In this document: positions 54,120 through 64,000 of the stretch, in pieces | Layout of the letters: every line of letters begins with the position of its first letter | How positions within the stretch are numbered: the first letter of the stretch is position 1 | Assembly (NCBI GenBank): GCA_001938485.1 | Contig: MQRK01240841.1 | Location: 1 to 64,000, forward strand | Direction of reading: 5' to 3' | DNA: 64,000 nt | DNA from: Girardia tigrina | Taxonomy: Eukaryota | Notes under the pieces: generated by a model | The model's database searches: none | The model's input: the letters and a program-made list of their open reading frames with translations, nothing else | What the model was told of the DNA's origin: nothing | Made by a program: the position numbers and the translations under genes

Positions 54120-54410
54120 TATTGCGAGTAATGTTTGGAATGTTGATGTTTTTTGTTTGGATATTATATGTTGATTTGGAATTGTGTCTCTTCTACTCAG
54201 AAGGATGAAGAATATTTTAATTCTTAAAATATGAAACAAATTTAATTCAAATTTAAATTAATTAGTTGAATTTATTTTGATTTATGATTGTAAATTTTAT
54301 ATGATTTTATTAATTTTATTTTAAATTTTTTAAATTAATAAATCAAATTATTATTTTTAAATAATTAATATTCATTTTATTTTTAACCAATAAAATTTAT
54401 AGTAAATATT
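54120..54410. repeat. Dispersed repeat, copy of the 13705-14010 family
   Basis: Colinear similarity with 13705-14010. Confidence 0.6.
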
Positions 54411-57400
54411 TAAAAAAGAATATATTTTATAAGTTCAGATTTTTGGAAATTTAATCTTTTAATCGATGAAAATGAGGAAAAACATTAATATGGATTATCG
54501 AAAATATGATATAAATTGTGATTTCAATAAAAGTTGTAATAAATACGTGGTTTCTCTAAGCAACTATTATGGATTTTCCAAAAAAAATATTTTTGAAACC
54601 AAAAATAAATAAAAATAATATTTAACTTTAATTTTGTAGACTTATACGTAAAAATAAATTATAAGAAATTAAATAAAACTGAACTTATATTGAAAATTAT
54701 ACACATATTCTTGTACATAAATTATAAGGGTAGGTAATAATATAATGATTTATTTTAAACGTTAAATTTATTTGAAAAGTACATTTTGAATTCTTTTCGT
54801 AAAAAAAGATTCCTCCTTGAACCTGAATTTGGTATTAAGGTGGTCTAAGACCAAAAAATATATTATTGGTGAAAATAATTTATTTATGAAATCAATTAAG
54901 TTAGTTAATTTAAAATTATAATGAAAATTAATGCTTAAATTATCCTTTAATAATTAATATTAATATCATTTTCTAAATTTGTAGAAAACCAGTAAAATAA
55001 GTCCACATTACCACAATTCTTAAGATTATATAGATTACGGATATGGACTATAAAGGGTCTTATAATCGTACATATCGACGATAAACAATTTAAAAAATTA
55101 GCTGAAATACTTCAAGCAATCAAGTTCAGTTTGCCTTGGATCCTACTAAAAAGTAACAAAAAAGATTTCGAGCTGCAGTCATCGTTGCCATCAACAGAAT
55201 AAGATGATGCCTACTGAAATTATATAAATATTTGCATTTTATTTTTATACTTTAAGAGGGGTTAAAGTATACTGATAAATATTTTTTTATTAAAATTTAT
55301 ATATTGTTTTTATAATACAATAGGGTCATGTTTGGCTATCTTTAATTTACTTGATATTATTTCTTTTGAAGAAAGGTAATTTCGAAAACAAAAAATTCAT
55401 TTTTAAGGAAGGAAGTCAAAAAGAATATATTACTAAATTTATTATCGCCAGAAATTTAAAACCGACCATAAATCAAAAGAATCTTGGAAATAAAAGTCGA
55501 AACCAAAATTTCTTGATGAAAAAAGTACTACCAAGGAATATTCCTGAATTACAACAAAAAGGAACTCTAAAAAACCTACATTACCCTTGGAATCGTGAAC
55601 AAAGTCAATATTCAACATTTACAAATTTATTAAAACTTCAAGACATTAACATTATTTAAAAAAATTATTGAAGAACTACATTTTCATTTTTCGCAAGAAC
55701 CAGTTTCTACCTTTCCAAATATAAATAGATATATTTTATTTTAATTGAAAACTGTATAATATAGTACATATTGTTATTTTATTAATTTCCAGTTTTTGTA
55801 AAATTAATTTATACTAAAAAGTTTTTTAAACATAATTTTGTTATTTTAAATTCACAAATATTTATGTAAATATTATTTAAACTGAACAAAACTTTATGAT
55901 CACTTATTTTTAAATTGCTTAAACTAGCGCATTAATTAGTTTTGATTTTACTTTTAATTTTCGGGCATTAATTTATTTTAAAAAATAAAATTTGTAGTCG
56001 ATTAATTTTTAAACTCAAAATATTATTGTTAATTAAAATACTTTTTTAATACTTCCTTGTTTACAAATATTTCCAAAGATTTTTTAATATTGTATTTCTT
56101 TGTAAAAATAAAATTCAGTCAATTAATTTTTAAAAGTCACACAAAATATTATTTCTAATTAAACAATTTTTAACATTATATTATTTTGGAAAATCAATTT
56201 TTTTTAGATTTTTAAAATTTTTATTTGATTTTTGTCAAAGGATTTTAATTTATCATGTATAAATATTTAAATATTAAATTTGAAAATTTTATCGTTCGCC
56301 ATGATTCTATCATTTACAAGAAGACAAAAGAAATGTTAGATTTACATCATTTAGCTCTGAATCCTTCCTTAATCATATTTTTGCCGAAGACAATAAAGAG
56401 CTTTAAAACATTTGCCTTAAAAAGCAATCAAAAATACCAATTTACATGACTTTCTAAAATTTAAATTTCGAACAGTACAACAAAAGAACTAAAAAAAGTA
56501 GAAATACTTTGGTTTGTAAGTTGATTTAATGACTCAAACATTTCTTCGTTTTTTCCCTGAATTTTATTGTTAGCATAAATTTAATAATGAGGAAGTTCAA
56601 AGATATTTTAAATGGCCCACCTGGACAGACTGAAAGTTCCCTTTACGAAGAAAAATAGTATGGATTCAAACCCATAGAATGTTGTAAAAAGAAGAAGGTA
56701 TATTGGGAGAAGATAGAAATAAAGAATAAAGAATCATATATAGAGTGGTTGAGAAAATATATGTGTGATGAATAACTGTAATGTTTAAACTTTTTATGAT
56801 CCAAACAAATATTAACCCAATAAACAGTTTGGTCCATGTATAGCAAGCTATGCAGTTAAGGTAATTAAATTATGAAAAATTATTTTGGATCATATATGAT
56901 CCACTAGCGGGTAAGGTGTTGAATTCAATATTAGTATTTACAAATATGCTAAGTTATATATAAAAAAATCATATTTTATTTCGTAATTTTATGATTGTTT
57001 AAATTGGAACTTTTTAAAACACTAAAAGCGAAATATTTGTTAAAAAAATAATTATTCAAAAAATATTTTTTATATTCTGTTAGATAGAAAAATAAAAATA
57101 AGTTTTCAGTAATACTTGTATAATTATAATAAACAATTATTTATAACAGTTTTCATTTTTTGAGAAATTCGGTGACACTTTATTTGTTATATTAAGAACA
57201 CAATTGTGACTTTCAATATTTTTATGAAAATTACAAGTTGAATTATCCTCAGGACAATCTTTACCAAAGATTTCATACATTTGTATTCTTCTTAATAATT
57301 TATGACTTTATTTATATTATCTTAGTTAATGGAGATGACATAATATGTTAAAATATATACTACAAATTTTATTGATTAAAAATTAAAATGAATATTAATT

Positions 57401-58603
57401 ATTTAAAAAAATATTATTTTAATTTATTTATTTAAAAATTGTAAATAAAATTAATTAACTTATTAAAAATTTTACAACTATCTTAAATAAGAAATAAATT
57501 TAAACATTACATATTTTCAGATAATAAAATTTCCAATATTAATCATCCACGCAACATTCAAACACAAAACATCAACACTCCAAATATTCCTCACAATTTT
57601 TAAATAATTTTATTATTTTTAAAAATGATAAAATACCAAAATATTTACGGAATTTACTGTATTTCAAACTTTCTATACAATATAGCTTGTTTCCTATCTT
57701 TTTCGTCCCTCCAGCAGTTAAATATTACACTTTTAATAATACTTCTGTAAATCAAAATATTTGTTACAGTTGGCGAAATATTCATCATTAAAGAATAATG
57801 AACTTAATTGAATGTTTAATGACAGGAAATAATAAATTTGTTGCCACTTAGTAACAGTTATATGTCAAAACGATTTTCTCCGACAATTTAAACAAAATTT
57901 TAAATTTATTTGTCATCATTGCGAATATCCGTAATTGTAAAGTGCCTTTTCCAAATCAAACAGAAGTCGTTTTATGACTGTTGATTAAAATAAAATTTCT
58001 TGTTAAAGAAAAACGAGAAAAACATTTTTTTTCTTAAAATTGTTTTGAATATTAAAAAAAATAATTGTACTATATTGTATAATAAAATTGTATTGAATTA
58101 AAATTATATTTAATTAATATCAATAAAAATAATGTTGGTAAAATACCCATGAAGTATTTACAAGATCATTCTGAAATACACGAATTTTTTAATTTGTTTT
58201 AATTTAATGAAAATATAAATACATTAAACCAGTAGGTGATTTCGAATTAAAACAAAATTTCTGCCACACTGAAATATTAAAACAAAAATGTTCATTAAAA
58301 TGTAATATAAATATTTGGAATCAGTTATAAACTATTAAGCATGAAATTTGTAGGAATTTTTAGAATTAATTCAAATAGTTACAAATTGACAATGACTTAA
58401 AATTTTTTTTTCTGTTTTTTATTAGTATATATGTTGGTCAATAATAATTATATCAATAAAAATTAACTTCAATGATTCATAACCTGTTTTAATAATTAGT
58501 ATTTTAAAATATTGAAAAGGCAGAAATTCTATTATTAAGTACGAAATCCTACGTGATACATCAGCATCAGAAGCCATGCAAACCATCTAAAATGTAATCA
58601 GAT

Positions 58604-59599
58604 TAGTGTGTTACTCCTGGGATAAATACCCCGGGAAAAAACTTGGTTTTAGATTTCCCGAATCCAGGGAATTTGAAAGTTTTCCCGGGACTTTTAATGA
58701 GATGTTAAAATATTTGAAATTGAATTTAATTATATTTATTTTTTTATTAGAACCAATCAAAATACGAGTAAAAGAAAGAAGAAATCCGGATTAGATTTCA
58801 CAACTTAAATATTTTCAAAATCCAAATTTTTTTCACAAGAACTTATTATAAATGTCAATGATGAAAATAAAACGAGGCGTTGTGTAGAAACAGTAGAATT
58901 AAAGATTAAATAATAATAATAATGAAAATTAAATTATTATTATAAGTGATATTATATCGACTTCCACTACGGAAGCAGAAGAAGAATTAAAATTAAGGTT
59001 AAAAAAGGCAATTGAAGAATCAAAAGAGAACTGTGTACCCACTCCTACTACTAACATTATGACCTTCAAATATTGAAGAAAGAAATATTATTATTTGAAG
59101 GGACTGGTAAAATGACACTAAATTTAGAAAAATTATTTAATGTTTAATTATATTCAACCGACATCTAGGAGAGCGAATAAGTGTTTTCAAATTTATGTTC
59201 CAAAAACGATCAAATTTAATTGACAAGTCAATTAATGCATTATGCTTCCTTAAAACTTATTTTATTAGAAATGATAAAAAATAAAATATATTTCAATTTG
59301 TTTTGTTAATAATTATTTTGATTTAAATGAAACTTATGTGATTTATTTTGATGTGATTCAATGGATTTGAAATACTTAAATATATTATTATTTATATTTT
59401 TATTAAATTTTGCCAAATAAAACTTCAATAAACATATATAAATCATTTGTGTGCTCATCTTAAGTAAACAAAACCAAACATTTTTTATTGTAGAAATTAA
59501 TAAGAGTGAAATCCCGGGACCGGGGAATTTCCCGAGAAATAGATTTTTTCCAATCCCGAATCTCGGGAGTCAAAAAATATCTGGAAAAGTAACACACTA
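58604..59599 (+). mobile_element. Non-autonomous hAT element with 8-bp TSD
   Basis: TIR TAGTGTGTTACT / AGTAACACACTA. Perfect TSD AATCAGAT (58596-58603, 59600-59607). Subterminal CCCGGGA motifs. Residual IQPTS.ESE.VFS dimerisation motif. Confidence 0.9.
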
Positions 59600-59689
59600 A
59601 ATCAGATACAATGCTGAAACGCAGCAGTTAGTCTCAAATTGCTTCAGGAAATTCGTGAAAGGTAATTTTAATCTCACAACAGCACAACA

Positions 59690-60260
59690 TTTAGTCAAAA
59701 GCTCAAGACTCATCAAAAGAAGCTGAAGATGATTGGTTGGTAGGCTGCCACATGCGTTATCCATTATGCTCATATGAAACCTTTTTCGATCACATCAGAT
59801 GTGTACAGTAGCCAATTGGAAGATGTGATGAAGAAACTCAAAGAAAAACAACCGCGTTTGGTTAACAAGTCAACTCTCATCTTGATTCACGACAATGCAA
59901 AACCACATAATGCACTTAAGACCAAGAGAAAATTTATAGGAACTTGATTTAAAACTTCCCCATCATCCTCTATACTCACCAGACCTAGCTCTAACTGACT
60001 ACCATTTCTTTTTTAATTTTAACAATGTTTTGATAATAAAAATATTCAATTTCGAAGATGACGTAAAATTACCCTTCCAGGAATTTATAGATACTCGTCC
60101 AACAATTTTTTATTTAAATGACTTAAACAAGCCATCGCTCAAATGGTAAAAATGTGTCAAAAATATGGTTACATACTTTGTTGAATGACATAATATTTGT
60201 ATTGGTAAATAATCAAAAAATTTTGACTTTAGTTCTACGAATTTTATACTTGAAGACCTT
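59690..60260 (+). mobile_element. Mariner 3' remnant, same family as 36880-37790
   Basis: DVMKKLKEKQPRLVNK..LILIHDNAKPH...HPLYSPDLALTDYHFF. Confidence 0.8.
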
Positions 60261-62684
60261 ATATATATATATAATGTTTGATGAGTAAAAACGTTTGTAA
60301 TCTAATTATTTTTTTTCTCATTAAATGTTATGGATTTACTTATTCTCTTGAGTAGATCCAAACCTCTCTGTTAAAAATTAAGAGTGTCACCTTACTTTTA
60401 AGATAAGTAAATTTTGGTTTTATATGTTATTCTTATTCATTTAAAGTTAATTTTATAGATATAAAAGATACAATCATCTCTAAAGTACAACTGAAAATAA
60501 TATTTTCTTTATTATTGGACATTTAATAGTTAGTTGTATCCGAGATGAAAATTTTTCTTGTAATCCAAATTTCATTCCTTTCCCCAATATCGATTACGGG
60601 AGAATCAGGGAAACTTCTGTTTCATCAATTTTTTCTTTAAAAAGTACCTAGAATATTCTAAGAGGCATTTTTGCTTCTTTCCTTATCTGAATCAGAATTG
60701 GAGCTGCTATCATTACTGACACATTTTATCTTCTAGGTTCTCTATCGGGATCAAAATTAGTATTCCCATAGTCATTTTGATCATAATGCTTATCCAAATC
60801 TGTGGCTACCGCTAATTGTATTTAAGCATCGTCAATTACTGACAGAGTTCTTGAGGATACATACCATTTTTGACCTTCATATATTGAATTATTGATCATC
60901 CATTACTACTAGTGTTGCAATAGTCACAATTATTTCTGTCATTGCTTTTGATCCTCTCAATCCAACGGTATCGGAACTCTTTAACGGTTATCCACTAACA
61001 TACAGTTACTGCTATCTGCAACTTATATTCCCATTCTGTTGGTCATGATGGTGCTCAGATCTTTCTTTTTCGTTTTCTCTCGCCTTTATTTAATCAAATT
61101 TGAATTAATCCACAAATCCGTATGAAGATGAGAGAATCATACGTGTCTATAGTTTATTCTTCCATCTCGGTTCATCAGAATTTGTCGGGATCATCAAGCT
61201 CTTCTGTCATGAACCTCATAGATTTGTTAAAAGAAATTTTCATGTCTTTTACAAATAGATATCATGAAAAAGGTTCTTTAATTCTCATTGATGTACTGTG
61301 TGAGAAGTGGTTGCAACATCAATATCTGAATTCATTTTTTTAACACCAAAATTTATTAATATAACAACAATTCACATATTTAAACAAATTTTCCTGTTAA
61401 TTTAATTATCTCGCCACAAATTAATATACTAAATTCTTTTCTATTCAATTTTTAAAATCTTGCAAATTTATTAAATACATTTCACATTAAAACTAAAAAT
61501 TTATTTTAAAATTTATTTTTAAAATCGTCTCATAACTTATATTAAAATATATAAATTTTTATGTCTGTAAAATCATTTTTATTTATAAATAAATATTTAA
61601 TATTTAATGGTTTTCTTTTCATTTTTAATTTTAAGATATTTAATAGATACATTAAAAAATATTTTTTTATTTTTAAATAGATATTTAATTTTTTTATGAT
61701 TTTCTTTTATTATGTCATTTTTAATTTTTTAAAATATTTAAAAAACACATTGAAAACATATTTTATTTTTAAATACGTATTTGATTTTTTAATAGTTGTT
61801 TTATTATATTATTTTTAATTTTAAAATATTTAATAAGCATATTAACATTAAAATATTTTACCTTTTAAATTAAAAAAAGTAATAAATTATTCTGGTGAGA
61901 TAAAAATTTAAATTAACCCCTCATTTAGTATTTTTGAATAATTTTGTTTAAAATCTTAAAATGAATTTTAATTTTAAAAAAATTTTTACATTGTCTTAAT
62001 AATTTTCAAAAGTATTTTTCATACGTCTTGAAAATCAAACAAAAACATTTAAATTTGTCATTTTGATGGAAGTATATTTTGTTTTTATGTTCTCACTTAT
62101 ATTTGTTCCCATAAGCTTTGGCTTTTTGATTCATGAAAAGTTTAAAATTCATGTAGTAGATAAATAATTTTAATGATTAAATATTAGGACATTCGCACTT
62201 TGACCATGGAAAAATTATTCTAGCAGATATTTTTTCCAGCAGAAAATTTTATTATAAATTTATTTTGTTTGTTATTCACATAATATCAAACATCACTAAT
62301 TAAACAATTAGTCTTATGAGAAAATGAATAATAAAGTAATTAGAAAGTAAATTAAAGTAAAATAAAAATAATAAATAATCTAAAGAAAGATTTAATATTT
62401 TCTGTTATAAAAATAACATTTACTTTTATCTTTTAATTACAATTTTCTTTTAATAAAGTCTTTGTAGATGTAGAGAATATGAGATTTTAATTTAAATCTC
62501 TTTTATTTTTTTTTATTCACGAATAATCTTTTTTAAGTGTTTGCTTTTTTTTATTTTCCATAGATTTTAAGATTTGATTTAAATGAATTTTTAATACAGA
62601 TTTATTTTAATACAGAATTCAATTATAAATGTTGCTTTTGATGCCTGAATGTTCTTTTTTATTTTTCAGATATAAGGAACACTC

Positions 62685-63115
62685 ATGTTTATGAAGAATA
62701 TTTTAATTTGTTTGAATGTGTGAATGTATGGATGCTGTATGTTGATTTAAGTATGTTGAATCTAGAATGGTGATTCACCCACCCAGATGGAAATTGGTAT
62801 TTTTTATTTAAATTTAAAGAGATTGACTATTCGAACACAATTAAAATTAAGTTTAATATTTTTTAGTAAAATAAAATGCATTTTTAATAATTTGATGACA
62901 TTTTTATTATTTTAAGATTTATTGAGAAATGGTAAAAATTATTATTTTTTTAATTAATATTTAGAAAAATTGTTCAAATAATCATGATTAAAAACAGAAA
63001 TAAGAAAACCAATTAGAAGGATGACAAACGATGAAAGACCTTCTGCGAGTTTTAATGACTCTAAATGTGATTGTAATAAACATTCAAACGAGACTTGTTT
63101 AAATGTTCTTAATAA
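62685..63115. repeat. Dispersed repeat (copy 2 of 10395-11050, with internal deletions)
   Basis: Direct colinear similarity to 10395-11050. Confidence 0.8.
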
Positions 63116-64000
63116 TGTTTGTTATGAGAATAATCACACCGTTTTTAATTATTTATAAACTTTAATCATTCGAATAAAATTTGATATAATAATAATTTAT
63201 TTTTCTATTTTGTTGTTTCATGCACTCTAGGTTAAGAATAACTTTGGAGACGTTCAATGTAGAACTATTCTTCAAAAGCTTTTGAAACTTATATATATAT
63301 ATATATAAAACTCATATCTGTTATGACTTATTAGTATGTACAATGTAATTCACTTCCTGTATCCTCCAGTTCGTCTTTTTCTCTGAAAAAAAATTTTCAA
63401 GACTCACATTTAAATTGAGAGAATATAATTGTTTATTTTTGTTTTCGAATATATAGAGCATATTTGATTTAATAATCTACAATGATATTAATAAAACCTA
63501 TAACATTCTATATCAGCAAAAAGAGCAAAAAATTGAATTTATCAAATGCAGTGGAATTTAAATCTAATCATTTTTAATGTAAGAATGGCTTGGGAAAATT
63601 AGTAATTTTACTTTTTATATATAATTAATTTATTTTGCACCTCACTCTATTTTCGCCACCTTGTTCTTTCGCATGTTTTTAATTTTTTTTCTGTAATATA
63701 TTGTAAATAAATGTATTTTAACATACCTTTATATATTACTTCTTTTTTTTCAATTTTTTTTGTAAAACAATGACTTGCCTTAATTTCTTAGAGTAATGTG
63801 TTTTTTAATTGAATTTTTTTTCATTATTTATTTTAATTAAGTATTTTTCATTATATTTTTAATCATATAATATTTTTCCATTTTATTTTTAATTTAAATC
63901 TTTTTGTATATTTTTTCATTGATTTTTCTCATACATTATTTGTACATTTTGTTTTTTTCAAAACGTTGTTTTTTTATTGATTTTTCATTCTTATCATTCC

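Overview
AT-rich eukaryotic genomic DNA, not prokaryotic. Composition, short AT-rich introns and transposon content suggest a triclad flatworm (planarian); this is inference. One host gene is supported: a two-exon, + strand rhodopsin-class GPCR (exons ~19048/19071-19341 and 42359-43512, split by a 23,017-bp phase-1 intron). It has a clear 5-HT2-receptor-like scaffold but lacks the canonical amine-binding and activation motifs. Nearly everything else is decayed transposon sequence: Tc1/mariner (DD34D, DD34E with a small intron, a DD47D rosa-like element), hAT, Gypsy LTR fragments with a tRNA-Arg-type PBS, Penelope-like ends carrying minimal hammerhead ribozymes, two non-autonomous Helitrons, MITEs and a long-TIR Polinton-like non-autonomous element. 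The most unusual unexplained structure is an antisense array of four ~50-60 bp canonical-looking introns separating 16-31 nt micro-exons at 24.9-25.2 kb, inside the GPCR intron. There are three assembly gaps (4909-4966, 28135-28223, 50018-50658). All calls come from reading the sequence by eye; no searches were run.
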